This document shows positions 7,911 through 18,379 of a stretch of 64,000 nt of DNA, one piece after another. The notes under the pieces were generated by a model. The model was not told the origin of the DNA and searched no databases. It worked only from the letters and a program-made list of their open reading frames with translations. The position numbers and the translations under genes were made by a program. Numbering within the stretch: position 1 is the stretch's first letter; each line of letters begins with the position of its first letter. Source of the DNA: a virus; IMG/VR virus record IMGVR_UViG_3300017598_001140, positions 15,531 through 79,530 of that record. One strand, 5' to 3'.

Positions 7911-10900
7911 GCTATCATGATGAGGTGCCTTTAGGGTCTGTTCATCAGCCGTGCAATTGGGAATACGCAGACGCGGCCGCAAGAACCGGCGCGAGCGGCT
8001 TTGTGTCTGGCGACATTGGAAAGTTCGCCCGGCAATTGGATGACAATTCTGTTTGGATGCTAACTGCTGTTACTCCTACTTGGGGACAAATAAACGCCGA
8101 TAATGCGCCACACGCAAGCGACCACGAAAATGGCGGTGCAGATGAAATAAATGTAGCGGGTTTAAGCGGAGTCTTGGCGGACGATCAAAATCCTGCGGCT
8201 CATGCATCGGATCACGAAAACGGAGGTGGCGACGAAGTGAGCGTGGCCGGGCTTTCAGGATTGCTTGCAGACGACCAAAATCCAACAAGCCACGGAGCTG
8301 CGGCGCATAGCGGAAGCATTGGTTCTCATTCGCAAATAACATCGGTGGGTGAAGATGATCACCACGCTAAAACCCACGCCACGACTCACGAAAATGGCGG
8401 AGCGGACGAAATAAGCGTAGCAGGTTTAAGTGGACTTTTAGCAGACGATCAAAATCCAGCAAGCCACGCAAGCGAACACGAAAACGGCGGAGTCGATGAG
8501 ATAAGTGTGGCAGGTTTAAGCGGAGAGCTTGCGGACGACCAACCACCGAAAGATCATGGCGCTGCGGAGCATAGTGGGAGCATTGGAACGCACTCTCAAA
8601 TAACATCGGTGGGTGAAGACGATCACCACGCTAAAACACACGCCACCACTCACCAAAACGGTGGTGCTGATGAAATTAATGTGGCTGGTTTAAGCGGTGA
8701 ATTAGCAGACGATCAAAATCCTGTGGCTCATGCATCGGAGCACGAGGACGGCGGCGCGGATGAAGTCAACGTGGCAGGTTTAAGTGGAGAACTTGCGGAC
8801 GATCAGCCACCAAAAGACCACGGCGCAGCCGCGCACAGCGGAAGCATAGGGACACATTCTCAGATAACATCGGTCGGAGAAGACGATCACCATGCTAAAA
8901 CCCACGCCACGACTCACCAAAATGGCGGAGCAGATGAGATAAGCGTAGCAGGTTTAAGCGGAGAACTTGCGGACGACCAACCGCCAAAAAATCACGCATC
9001 GGATCACTCTGACGGCGGCGGCGATGAAATCACAGTCGAAGATTTAGCCACCAGTGGAGGCTCAGGAACTGTCCCGATTTCGCAAGGGGATGGAAGCCTT
9101 GCGATGGGAGCGCCGACGCCTACAAGCCACGCTACGACCCACCAAAACGGTGGAGCTGACGAAATAAGTGTAGCTGGATTGAGCGGAGTTTTAGCAGACG
9201 ATCAAAATCCAACAGCGCACGCATCGGAACACGAAAACGGTGGTGTTGATGAGATGAGCGTGGCCGGTTTAAGTGGAGAATTGGCAGACGATCAACCGCC
9301 GAAAAGCCACGGAGCTGCGGAGCATAGCGGAAGCATTGGAACGCACTCTCAAATAACATCGGTGGGAGCGGACGACCACCACAACCAATCGCATGGAGCA
9401 AGCGATCACAGTGGCGACATTGGTGCGGCGTCTCAAGTGACAAATGATTCGAGCGTTTCTGGCGCGAAAGTAAAAGAAGCACTTGAAACATTGGAGACGA
9501 CAATCACGGCATTGGAAAACGGAAGGATACACCGCGACCCAGTTATCAATATAGTGGATTGCACGCAAGCGCCGCCGTCAGAAGTTTCTGGCGATAGGTT
9601 TATCATAGACAACACCATTGGAACGGTCCATGCGGATTACGACGGTGCCAGCAAAAATGACATAGTAGACTTCAACGGCTCCACATGGGATGCATTTAGC
9701 CCGGTAGAAGGCTGGCTTGCTTATGTAGATTCGCAAAATCAAGATGCGTTGTTTATCGATGATGGAACACCGCAATGGCAATTGAGGCCGGTTGCGGTTA
9801 CTGACCACGCCGATTTGTCTAACGTAACGTCAGACCAGCACCACGCTAAAGACCACGCCGCCACTCACCAAAACGGCGGAGCAGATGAAATAAGTGTGGC
9901 TGGTTTAAGCGGACTTTTAGCAGACGATCAAAATCCGGTTTCCCATGCGAGTGAGCACGAAAACGGAGGCGGAGACGAGATCAGTGTGGCGGGGTTGAAC
10001 GGGCTATTGGCGGACGACCAGAACCCAACAAGCCACGGCGCTGCCGCCCATAGTGGTTCTATTGGAACGCACTCTCAAATAACAAGCGTCGGTGAAGATG
10101 ACCATCACGCTAAAACCCACGCTACCACTCACCAAAACGGTGGAGCAGACGAAATTAGTGTAGCCGGATTGAGCGGAGAATTGGCGGATGATCAACCGCC
10201 GAAAAACCACGCGGCGGATCATTCCGATGGCGGTGGCGATGAAGTAACGGTCGAAGATTTAGCCACTAGCGGAGGGTCTGGAACCGTCCCGGTTTCACAA
10301 GGAGACGGAAGCTTGTCGATGGGAGCGCCTGCGCCTGCAACCCACGCCACGACTCACGAAAACGGTGGAGCGGATGAAGTTAGTGTAGCTGGATTGAGCG
10401 GACTTTTAGCAGACGATCAAAATCCAACGGCTCATGCGAGCGAACACGAAAACGGCGGAGTCGATGAGGTTAGCGTGGCTGGCCTAAGCGGAGAATTGGC
10501 GGACGATCAACCGCCTAAAGCACATGGTGCCGCCGCTCACAGTGGGAGTATTGGAACCCACTCTCAAATAACATCGGTTGGTGAAGACGATCACCACGCT
10601 AAAACCCACGCTACCACTCATGAAAACGGTGGCGGCGACGAAATAAGTGTAGCAGGTTTAAGCGGCTTGTTGGCGGACGATCAAAACCCAACAGCTCACG
10701 CATCGGATCACCAAAGCGGCGGCGGTGATTCAATTAAATTGGATGACCTCGCAACACCGGACGACAATACTGATTTGGACGCTACCACTGGGTTACATGG
10801 ATTGCTTCCGAAACTCGGCGGAGGTACAACAAATTTTTTGAGAGCGGACGGAACGTGGTCGGCTCCGGGCGGTGCTCCTAGCGCGCACGCTTCAAGCCAC

Positions 10901-13900
10901 GAGAACGGCGGCGGCGATGAGATAAGTGTAGCTGGTTTAAGTGGGGAATTGGCGGACGACCAGCCGCCGAAAAGTCACGGAGCTGCTGCGCACAGTGGGA
11001 GCATTGGAACGCACTCTCAAATAACATCGGTTGGAGAAGACGATCACCACGCTAAAACCCACGCCACCACTCACCAAAACGGTGGTGCTGACGAAATAAG
11101 TGTGGCTGGTTTAAGCGGACTTTTAGCAGACGATCAAAATCCGACAAGTCACGCCTCGGAGCACGAAAACACAGGCGGTGACGAAATAAGTGTGGCCGGT
11201 TTAAGCGGACTTTTAGCAGACGATCAAAATCCGGTTTCTCATGCATCGGATCACCAAAGCGGCGGTGGTGATTCAATCAAATTAGACGACCTCGCAACTC
11301 CAGACGACAACACCGATCTCGACGCTACCACTGGGTTACACGGTTTGCTGCCGAAGCTCGGCGGAGGTACAACAAATTTTTTGAGAGCGGACGGAACGTG
11401 GAGCGCGCCGCCTACTCTTGGAGGTCACGCATCGGATCACGAAAACGGTGGAGCTGACGAAATAAGTGTGGCTGGTTTAAGCGGATTATTAGCAGACGAT
11501 CAGAACCCGACAGCGCACGCATCGGAGCACGAAAACGCTGGAGTTGATGAGATAAGTGTAGCTGGTTTAAGTGGGGAATTGGCAGACGATCAACCGCCGA
11601 AATCACATGGAGCAGCAGCGCACAGCGGGAGCATTGGAACGCACTCTCAAATAACAAGTGTCGGCGAAGATGATCACCACGCTAAAACCCACGCCACGAC
11701 TCACCAAAACGGTGGAGCGGATGAGATAAGTGTAGCAGGTTTAAGCGGACTATTGGCGGACGATCAAAATCCAGCAAGCCATGCATCGGATCACGAGAAC
11801 GGCGGCGGAGACGAAATAAGCGTGGCTGGTTTAAGCGGAGAGCTGGCAGACGACCAGCCACCAAAGGCGCATGCGTCGGCTCACTCTGACGGCGGTGGTG
11901 ACGAAATCACGGTCGAAAATTTAGCCACCAGTGGAGGGTCTGGAACCGTCCCGGTTTCGCAAGGCGACGGAAGTTTGGCAATGGGAGCACCAGCGCCAGC
12001 GACACACGCCACAGCTCACGAAAACGGCGGTGGTGACGAAATAAGTGTAGCAGGTTTAAGTGGATTGTTAGCAGACGATCAAAATCCAACGGCTCATGCA
12101 TCGGAGCACGAAAACGGTGGAGCCGACGAGATAAGTGTAGCGGGATTGAGTGGAGAATTGGCGGACGACCAGCCGCCGAAATCGCATGGGGCGGCGGCAC
12201 ATAGCGGGAGCATTGGAACGCACTCTCAAATAACATCTCTCGGAGTCGACGACCACCACGCGCAATTGCACGCCGCTGCGCATCAAAACGGCGGCGGAGA
12301 CGAAATAAGCGTGGCTGGTTTAAGCGGATTATTGGCGGACGATCAAAATCCAACAAGTCACGCATCGGATCACCAAAGCGGTGGTGGCGATTCAATTAAA
12401 TTGGACGACCTCGCAACACCAGACGACAACACGGATCTCGACGCTACCACTGGGTTACACGGTTTGCTTCCGAAGCTTGGTGGAGGCACGACAAATTTTT
12501 TAAGAGCAGACGGAACGTGGGCCGCGCCGGGTGGCGGAGGTTCTCATGCTTCAACCCACGAGAACGGCGGCGGAGACGAAATAAGTGTGGCTGGTTTAAG
12601 TGGTTTGCTTGCTGACGATCAAAATCCTACCGCCCATTCGAGCGACCATGAAGACGGTGGGGCTGACGAAATTAATGTGGCAGGTTTAAGCGGAGAGCTT
12701 GCGGACGATCAGCCCCCTAAAGACCATGCAGCAAACCATACGGATGGAACGGACGATGTTCAAGACGGCACAAATTCGCAAAAGGGTTTGGTAACTGCCG
12801 CTCAAATAACTTTGTTGGAAAGGTTGGAAACGTATCAAGCCGACGTGAACAAAACGGGGTTTTTAAATTATACAGATTCCGTGCGCAGTTTTGTGAATGG
12901 AAGCATGACTTTTTCAATTCAACCGGCGGTGACTAGTTACGAATATTATATTGATGGGGTTAAGTACACAAAGACCGGAACGGATAATGTTGTCATTGAT
13001 GACACTGAAGGATTGCATTACATTTATTTTGATGGGGCCACGTTAAAAAAGACAACAACTTTTAGCGTTGATTTAGTCAAGATTTACGCCTTTGTTGCGG
13101 TCATTTATTGGGACGCAACAAATAACGTACAAATTTATTTTGGTGACGAACGCCATACTCCAATCATGGATTGGAAAACGCATATGCGTTTGCACTTTGT
13201 TGTTGGTGGTTCAATTTCTGAAGGTGGTGGGTTGGGTGGTATTTTAGCCAACGACAGTGGGGGCGATGATGAAGACGCAGAATTTTCGATTGAAGCTACA
13301 GAATTTTGGGATGAAGATATAAATATTTCCCACGGTGCAAAAAGTTCAACGGCGAATATTGGAGTGTATTCCAGAAGTGGCGTTGATGCATCGAAAATAT
13401 GGCGTGTGGATGAAACGGCCAGCTTTGGCGTTATCACTACCGGGACAGGCCGCGCTGCTTGGAATGAATTAACTGGTGGAAGTTGGCAACAAACAGAAGT
13501 TTCTAATAATGATTTTGTTTTAGCACATGTTTTTACCTATAACGACCCGGACAGAAAGTTTGGAGTTTTTCAAGGTCAAAACACATATCCAACGGCTAGC
13601 CAAGCACGCGCGGCGGCTGAAGATTTAACAGAAATCAATGCGCTTATCACAGAGGGGTTGCCATTACCTGAATGGAAGTTTTTAGGGACGTTAATTTATC
13701 AGACTTCCAATGGTTATGGTAATGCCGTTAAATCAAGGATTCGCTCAACGTCCGATGGCGGTGATTATGTTGATTTGAGAGGCGCTTTGATTTCAAGAAC
13801 CGGCACAGGCGTTGCCGGGACATTGGACATCGTAAATCTAACCACGTCAGAACTGGGAACGGCTTATTGGTTGGCACCGGACGGAACCGGCGCAACCGAA

Positions 13901-15214
13901 TGGGTTTCAAGCTTGCACGCTACCGCTCACCAAAATGGTGGAGCTGATGAAATAAGTGTGGCGGGTTTAAGCGGAGAACTTGCAGACAACCAGCCGCCAA
14001 AAACTCACGCTTCAAGTCACGAAAATACTGGTGGTGACGAGATAAGTGTGGCTGGATTGTCTGGTTTACTCGCAGACGATCAGAATCCAGTTTCTCATGC
14101 TTCAGATCATCAAAGTGGCGGCGGGGATGCGATCAAGCTAGATGACCTCGCCACACCAGACGACAATACAGATTTGGATGCTACAGTTTCGCTACATGGC
14201 CTGTTGCCGAAGTTAGGCGGCGGAACCACAAATTTTCTAAGAGCTGATGGAAGTTGGGCGGCCCCCAGTGGCGGCGGTTCTCACGCCAGTACGCACGAAA
14301 ATGGCGGTGGTGACGAAATCAGTGTGGCTGGTTTGTCAGGTTTACTCGCTGACGATCAAAACCCTACTACCCACGCAACAGATCATCAAAGTGGCGGTGG
14401 TGATTCAATCAAATTAGATGACCTTGCGGCCCCGGATGACAACACAGATCTGGACGCTTCAACCAGCTTACATGGTCTGTTACCTAAACTCGGTGGAGGC
14501 ACAACTAATTTTCTGAGAGCAGATGGTAGTTGGGCAGCTCCAAGTGGCGGCGGTTCTCATGCTTCAACCCACGAAAATGGAGGCGGGGACGAAATCAGTG
14601 TGGCTGGTTTAAGTGGTGAATTGGCCGATGATCAACCGCCTAAAGATCACGCCTCGGCGCATCAAAGCGGCGGTGGAGATGCAATTAAACTAGACGATCT
14701 TTCTGCCCCGGATGACAACACTGATTTGAACGCTACAGTTTCGGCGCATGGTCTATTGGCGAAACTTGGCGGCGGGACTACAAATTTTTTAAGAGCAGAC
14801 GGAACGTGGGCCGCGCCTGGCAGTGGACCTCCGACAATTATTCAAGGTTCGGAAGCGGCATTAGATACTTCGACAAGTGAAGAACCAACTTGGGAAAATG
14901 TGTATAGGTTTTCCCCTACATTGGAGATAGCAAAATATATATTATGGTTTAGCGGCGAGTACTCGGCGGAATCGTCAACTGCATGGGGCGCAGCGCGTTT
15001 TCAAATTCAAAGTGATTCAAATGTACTTCAGCGGTTGGCGCACGAAATCGAGTCTGTTGCTAATGATGAATGGTTCGCTTTGAGCGGGGTTTATTTTTTT
15101 AATAACGGATCTGCCAGGACGGTCAATTTTGATTTCGATCTTATGTCGGAAAATGCGTCAGATGAAGTGTACCTTAAAAATAAAAATGTCGTTTTGATAA
15201 AGGTGGTGGAGTAA
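7907..15214 (+). CDS. Giant 2435-aa His-rich modular repeat fibre (putative head/neck fibre)
   Basis: By hand count ~31 copies of HASxHENGGxDEISVAGLSGxLADDQxP plus three other repeat types. Also a DUF2793-like insert (PPSEVSGDRFII...NGSTW..PVEGWLAYV), a unique central domain and a C-terminal beta-rich domain. Confidence 0.75.
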   Translation: MSYHDEVPLGSVHQPCNWEYADAAARTGASGFVSGDIGKFARQLDDNSVWMLTAVTPTWGQINADNAPHASDHENGGADEINVAGLSGVLADDQNPAAHASDHENGGGDEVSVAGLSGLLADDQNPTSHGAAAHSGSIGSHSQITSVGEDDHHAKTHATTHENGGADEISVAGLSGLLADDQNPASHASEHENGGVDEISVAGLSGELADDQPPKDHGAAEHSGSIGTHSQITSVGEDDHHAKTHATTHQNGGADEINVAGLSGELADDQNPVAHASEHEDGGADEVNVAGLSGELADDQPPKDHGAAAHSGSIGTHSQITSVGEDDHHAKTHATTHQNGGADEISVAGLSGELADDQPPKNHASDHSDGGGDEITVEDLATSGGSGTVPISQGDGSLAMGAPTPTSHATTHQNGGADEISVAGLSGVLADDQNPTAHASEHENGGVDEMSVAGLSGELADDQPPKSHGAAEHSGSIGTHSQITSVGADDHHNQSHGASDHSGDIGAASQVTNDSSVSGAKVKEALETLETTITALENGRIHRDPVINIVDCTQAPPSEVSGDRFIIDNTIGTVHADYDGASKNDIVDFNGSTWDAFSPVEGWLAYVDSQNQDALFIDDGTPQWQLRPVAVTDHADLSNVTSDQHHAKDHAATHQNGGADEISVAGLSGLLADDQNPVSHASEHENGGGDEISVAGLNGLLADDQNPTSHGAAAHSGSIGTHSQITSVGEDDHHAKTHATTHQNGGADEISVAGLSGELADDQPPKNHAADHSDGGGDEVTVEDLATSGGSGTVPVSQGDGSLSMGAPAPATHATTHENGGADEVSVAGLSGLLADDQNPTAHASEHENGGVDEVSVAGLSGELADDQPPKAHGAAAHSGSIGTHSQITSVGEDDHHAKTHATTHENGGGDEISVAGLSGLLADDQNPTAHASDHQSGGGDSIKLDDLATPDDNTDLDATTGLHGLLPKLGGGTTNFLRADGTWSAPGGAPSAHASSHENGGGDEISVAGLSGELADDQPPKSHGAAAHSGSIGTHSQITSVGEDDHHAKTHATTHQNGGADEISVAGLSGLLADDQNPTSHASEHENTGGDEISVAGLSGLLADDQNPVSHASDHQSGGGDSIKLDDLATPDDNTDLDATTGLHGLLPKLGGGTTNFLRADGTWSAPPTLGGHASDHENGGADEISVAGLSGLLADDQNPTAHASEHENAGVDEISVAGLSGELADDQPPKSHGAAAHSGSIGTHSQITSVGEDDHHAKTHATTHQNGGADEISVAGLSGLLADDQNPASHASDHENGGGDEISVAGLSGELADDQPPKAHASAHSDGGGDEITVENLATSGGSGTVPVSQGDGSLAMGAPAPATHATAHENGGGDEISVAGLSGLLADDQNPTAHASEHENGGADEISVAGLSGELADDQPPKSHGAAAHSGSIGTHSQITSLGVDDHHAQLHAAAHQNGGGDEISVAGLSGLLADDQNPTSHASDHQSGGGDSIKLDDLATPDDNTDLDATTGLHGLLPKLGGGTTNFLRADGTWAAPGGGGSHASTHENGGGDEISVAGLSGLLADDQNPTAHSSDHEDGGADEINVAGLSGELADDQPPKDHAANHTDGTDDVQDGTNSQKGLVTAAQITLLERLETYQADVNKTGFLNYTDSVRSFVNGSMTFSIQPAVTSYEYYIDGVKYTKTGTDNVVIDDTEGLHYIYFDGATLKKTTTFSVDLVKIYAFVAVIYWDATNNVQIYFGDERHTPIMDWKTHMRLHFVVGGSISEGGGLGGILANDSGGDDEDAEFSIEATEFWDEDINISHGAKSSTANIGVYSRSGVDASKIWRVDETASFGVITTGTGRAAWNELTGGSWQQTEVSNNDFVLAHVFTYNDPDRKFGVFQGQNTYPTASQARAAAEDLTEINALITEGLPLPEWKFLGTLIYQTSNGYGNAVKSRIRSTSDGGDYVDLRGALISRTGTGVAGTLDIVNLTTSELGTAYWLAPDGTGATEWVSSLHATAHQNGGADEISVAGLSGELADNQPPKTHASSHENTGGDEISVAGLSGLLADDQNPVSHASDHQSGGGDAIKLDDLATPDDNTDLDATVSLHGLLPKLGGGTTNFLRADGSWAAPSGGGSHASTHENGGGDEISVAGLSGLLADDQNPTTHATDHQSGGGDSIKLDDLAAPDDNTDLDASTSLHGLLPKLGGGTTNFLRADGSWAAPSGGGSHASTHENGGGDEISVAGLSGELADDQPPKDHASAHQSGGGDAIKLDDLSAPDDNTDLNATVSAHGLLAKLGGGTTNFLRADGTWAAPGSGPPTIIQGSEAALDTSTSEEPTWENVYRFSPTLEIAKYILWFSGEYSAESSTAWGAARFQIQSDSNVLQRLAHEIESVANDEWFALSGVYFFNNGSARTVNFDFDLMSENASDEVYLKNKNVVLIKVVE
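8110..14820 (+). repeat. Coding repeat array (~90-bp unit plus ~84-, ~135- and ~170-bp modules) inside the giant fibre gene
   Basis: Recurring GGTTTAAGCGGA...GCAGACGATCAAAATCC with mostly synonymous variation. In frame throughout and interrupted by two unique domains. Confidence 0.9.
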
Positions 15215-15774
15215 TGACCGGGCTTTACGAATATAAACCAGCAGACTATGGCAACCAAGAAATGCATCCTGCAATGGTTCGGGCGCAAATAAAAGCCAGC
15301 AAGATTCTAACAGAAGTAAAAAGCGTAAAGTGCAAGGAAGGCGTTCACATTATTGTCAAAACAGCAGATGAATTGAGCGCCGGGGACGAAACAATTTTGG
15401 ATGAAATAATAGCGGCGTATGACGATGAAGATTATCAAAAATATTTCGTTGCAAAATTGATAAATAATGAGGAACTTCCATCGGATTATTTGGAAAAGCG
15501 CCTAACCGTTTCAAGCACAGCCAGCGGCCTTGTTATCACAACGACAATTGACGAATTGGACGTGGACGACGAAACAACCGTTGAAGCCGATTCTAGTTTG
15601 GAAAAATCTGTTTTGATTTCTCTGTGCTATAATGGTGTGGACGGTTTTTACATTGCAGCGTTTGAAAAGACAGACGGGCTTTATTCGCTTGAAGACGAGG
15701 AAGATAATTTGGCGCAAGATATTAGCGAGTGGACCGTTGAAGCAAACGGCGACACGTTGAGCGAGGTGGAATAA
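15214..15774 (+). CDS. Acidic hypothetical protein (possible fibre assembly chaperone)
   Basis: TAATG coupling to the fibre gene. Confidence 0.5.
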   Translation: MTGLYEYKPADYGNQEMHPAMVRAQIKASKILTEVKSVKCKEGVHIIVKTADELSAGDETILDEIIAAYDDEDYQKYFVAKLINNEELPSDYLEKRLTVSSTASGLVITTTIDELDVDDETTVEADSSLEKSVLISLCYNGVDGFYIAAFEKTDGLYSLEDEEDNLAQDISEWTVEANGDTLSEVE

Positions 15775-15941
15775 TGGCAACGGTAAAAATACAAAACGAA
15801 GACAAAATCAAAGCCGTCAAAGCTCAAGCGGCGGCGGCAAAGAATGTTCCTCAAATGCGCGAGGCGATAGCTACTTTGATACAGGCCAACGAGGAGTTGG
15901 TGAAGAGGATTGAAAAACTAGAAAAACGAATTGGTCGTTAA
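15774..15941 (+). CDS. Small coiled-coil protein (55 aa, not in the ORF track)
   Basis: TAATG coupling, GAGG RBS. Reads MATVKIQNEDKIKAVKAQAAAAKNVPQMREAIATLIQANEELVKRIEKLEKRIGR. Confidence 0.6.
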   Translation: MATVKIQNEDKIKAVKAQAAAAKNVPQMREAIATLIQANEELVKRIEKLEKRIGR

Positions 15942-15964
15942 GCTTGATATAGGAAGCATGAAGG

Positions 15965-16513
15965 ATGCCACCAAAAACAGATTCATCGCCACCAAAAGAA
16001 GTGTATCGATTGAAAGAAGTGCTGCGTGCAAAAGAAGAAGCGGCGCTCGAAAAAAGATTTTTTGATATAGAAAAAAATTTAAAGGAGGTACGCGAAATGG
16101 CAGAAGAACCGCACGGCTGTATTAGAGACGAAACTTTTCAGTTGATAAAGGACACTTTTGCCAGCGGCTCGGTTGAATTCGATACTATACACGCCAAATT
16201 GGACAAGGCGAGCAAGGTGAAATTTTGGTCTGTCGTGAGCGTATTGGCTGGCATTGTATTGGCCGCCCTTGCTGCGGTTTACACATACGCAAGAAACGAA
16301 ACCAATTGGGAGCACACAACGGAGAGAGTTCAGAAAGTAGAAACTGCCACAGAGAACATTGATAAAAATGTGAACGGAATAACCGTGTCGTTTAAATTAA
16401 TGGAACAATCGACAACGGCGATGAAAGAGAAGCTCGAAAGTGTTTCGCCTAAAAAGATAGAAGACGCTGTTTCTAAGGGAATAAAAAAAGCGTCAAGAAA
16501 TAGAGGAAGGTAG
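15965..16513 (+). CDS. Single-pass membrane protein with coiled coil
   Basis: Hydrophobic segment FWSVVSVLAGIVLAALAAVYTY followed by a heptad-like region. Confidence 0.55.
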   Translation: MPPKTDSSPPKEVYRLKEVLRAKEEAALEKRFFDIEKNLKEVREMAEEPHGCIRDETFQLIKDTFASGSVEFDTIHAKLDKASKVKFWSVVSVLAGIVLAALAAVYTYARNETNWEHTTERVQKVETATENIDKNVNGITVSFKLMEQSTTAMKEKLESVSPKKIEDAVSKGIKKASRNRGR

Positions 16514-16517
16514 AACT

Positions 16518-16820
16518 TTGGCTCTGTACAGTTCAGTGATAAAAAAAGTGAGCGGCGACGTTGACGGCGTGAATAAAATTTTCACTACTGATTCGGTTTT
16601 TGTTGCGGGAACTTTTAGACTGATAGTGAACGGTCAGGTTTACGAATCTGATGAGGACGAATACGGGTGGGTTGAAGTGGATTCCGAAACGATTGAAACA
16701 AACGAAGCTCCGCTGGCCGGAGACATAGTTCAGGCTTTTTATCAGGACGGCAGCGAATCGGCGAGCAGCGTGATTGGTGTCGTTGGAAGCCCGTTCGATC
16801 CGTCCGGAGCTTTACCGTAA
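16518..16820 (+). CDS. Small beta-rich virion domain protein
   Basis: GDVDGVNKIFT...LIVNGQ...APLAGDIVQAFY resembles small beta-sandwich modules of phage virion proteins. Confidence 0.5.
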   Translation: MALYSSVIKKVSGDVDGVNKIFTTDSVFVAGTFRLIVNGQVYESDEDEYGWVEVDSETIETNEAPLAGDIVQAFYQDGSESASSVIGVVGSPFDPSGALP

Positions 16821-16857
16821 AAATAAAGGCTGAAAGCCGATAGAAAGAGAGAAGACA

Positions 16858-17268
16858 ATGGCCAAAATGATTGTAGCAGTTCACAAAGCAAGTATCACGA
16901 TGTTGAAGGGCGAGACATTGGACCAATTTACCAACGCGATTGGTGATGCTGGCCGCGAACATGTTTTTAAGAAGCTGAATTTGTCGCGAGACAGCGGCAG
17001 CGCTTGGATGGCCGAAACGTTCGGAGACAGCGTGGTTTTCAGAGCTTATAAAAAAGAAGGTCCGGCTTCGTACCACGCCTTCACTTATAAGCGTGATGAG
17101 AAAGGCGTGTTTGCTTTTGGCGACTTGGTAGAGGTCCAGAGGATGACTGTTTTCGAGCCGAAAGAAAGCTTGTCTGTGACCAAGGCAAAAGACGTGAACG
17201 AATTGTGCTTCAAGAAGTTCGGTGATTGGATTCAAATTTCAAAAAGTTTTTGGAACGGAGTGGTGTGA
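16858..17268 (+). CDS. Hypothetical protein ending in a scaffold-like KSFWNGVV motif (candidate internal head protein)
   Basis: C-terminus matches the scaffold C-terminus KSLWKGVI. Confidence 0.6.
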   Translation: MAKMIVAVHKASITMLKGETLDQFTNAIGDAGREHVFKKLNLSRDSGSAWMAETFGDSVVFRAYKKEGPASYHAFTYKRDEKGVFAFGDLVEVQRMTVFEPKESLSVTKAKDVNELCFKKFGDWIQISKSFWNGVV

Positions 17269-17269
17269 A

Positions 17270-18379
17270 ATGCCCGCGCTATCGAGAGGACAGGAAAACA
17301 CGGAATCGATTGTCAATTGGTTCATAACGGTTAACGGTGTTTCGACGGATGCGTACGAGGTTGGTTTTCGGATTTTCGATATTGTCGGTGGAGTGCCAGG
17401 AACACAAATTTACCCCGTCACGCCAGGGGAATACGAGGACGTTACCAATGCGCCTGGTAAATTTGCGGTCGGTGCATACTACGCTTACAACAACGGAGAC
17501 GGAAACGGTTGGACGCCGGAGCTGACGGCGCAGATTGGAACGCATCGAATTGAGTGGCGTTGGAAAATAAGCAGCGGGGCGCCATACCAAGCAGGTCAAG
17601 AAGATTTTGAGGTATTGGTTCAGTCCGGAGGTTCAAGCGTTGACACTTACATAACCGTTCAGGAAGTAAAAAACGCTGGTATTCCAGACGAAGGAAGCGG
17701 AGGGCCAACGGATCTTGAAATTTTGGCGCAGATTGAAGTGTGGCAGGCTTTTTTGGATAGGGCGTGTCGCCAGTGGTTCAATCCGAGGTCGGCTACTTTT
17801 AGCGTGGACGGCAACGATTCAAACTTCATGCCTTTTGGAGTGCCGATCATTTCGATAGAATATGTCAGGTTGAACGGTGCCGAAACGAATTTGAGCACGG
17901 ATTTCTACAGGGTGTATTCTGCGAGACAATTGCCGGACGACAGAAGGAATCCGCGAATCAAATTGATTGAGCACCAGCACGACAGAAGGCGCGATATTTT
18001 TTCGATGACATATGACGGCAGGTTGGTGTTTAGAAGAGGGGTTCAAAACCAAGAGATCAAGGGCGTGTTTGGTTTCACTGAGTTGGACGGAAGCGTTCCG
18101 AAGCTCATCAAAAGAGCTTTGTTGAAGCTGGTCGTCGAAAAGCTTACCACGCCTATAGTTCCTGGCTCCGGTGGGTCTGGGATGCCGTCGCCGCCGCCGC
18201 TTGTGTCGGCTGTCATTGAAGAGTGGACGGACGGACACAAAAAGAAGTACGGCCAAATGACCACGCCGAATAAATCTGGTATTAGCGGGATAACGGCGGA
18301 TCAAGAAGTTCTGGACATCATAAAACTTTACAAAGCGCCGATTGGAATCGCAACCCCGGCGCATCCGAGTATAGGATAA
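17270..18379 (+). CDS. Head-tail adaptor/connector with N-terminal extra domain
   Basis: YITVQEV...QAFLDRACRQWF...GVFGFTE..VPKLIKRALLKLV...EVLDIIKLYK. Lies at the start of the neck module. Confidence 0.7.
   Translation: MPALSRGQENTESIVNWFITVNGVSTDAYEVGFRIFDIVGGVPGTQIYPVTPGEYEDVTNAPGKFAVGAYYAYNNGDGNGWTPELTAQIGTHRIEWRWKISSGAPYQAGQEDFEVLVQSGGSSVDTYITVQEVKNAGIPDEGSGGPTDLEILAQIEVWQAFLDRACRQWFNPRSATFSVDGNDSNFMPFGVPIISIEYVRLNGAETNLSTDFYRVYSARQLPDDRRNPRIKLIEHQHDRRRDIFSMTYDGRLVFRRGVQNQEIKGVFGFTELDGSVPKLIKRALLKLVVEKLTTPIVPGSGGSGMPSPPPLVSAVIEEWTDGHKKKYGQMTTPNKSGISGITADQEVLDIIKLYKAPIGIATPAHPSIG

Noticed and set aside
8110-14820. Regularly spaced DNA repeats that superficially resemble a CRISPR array
   Set aside because: The repeats are in-frame coding units with synonymous variation, there are no unique spacers, and no cas genes are present.
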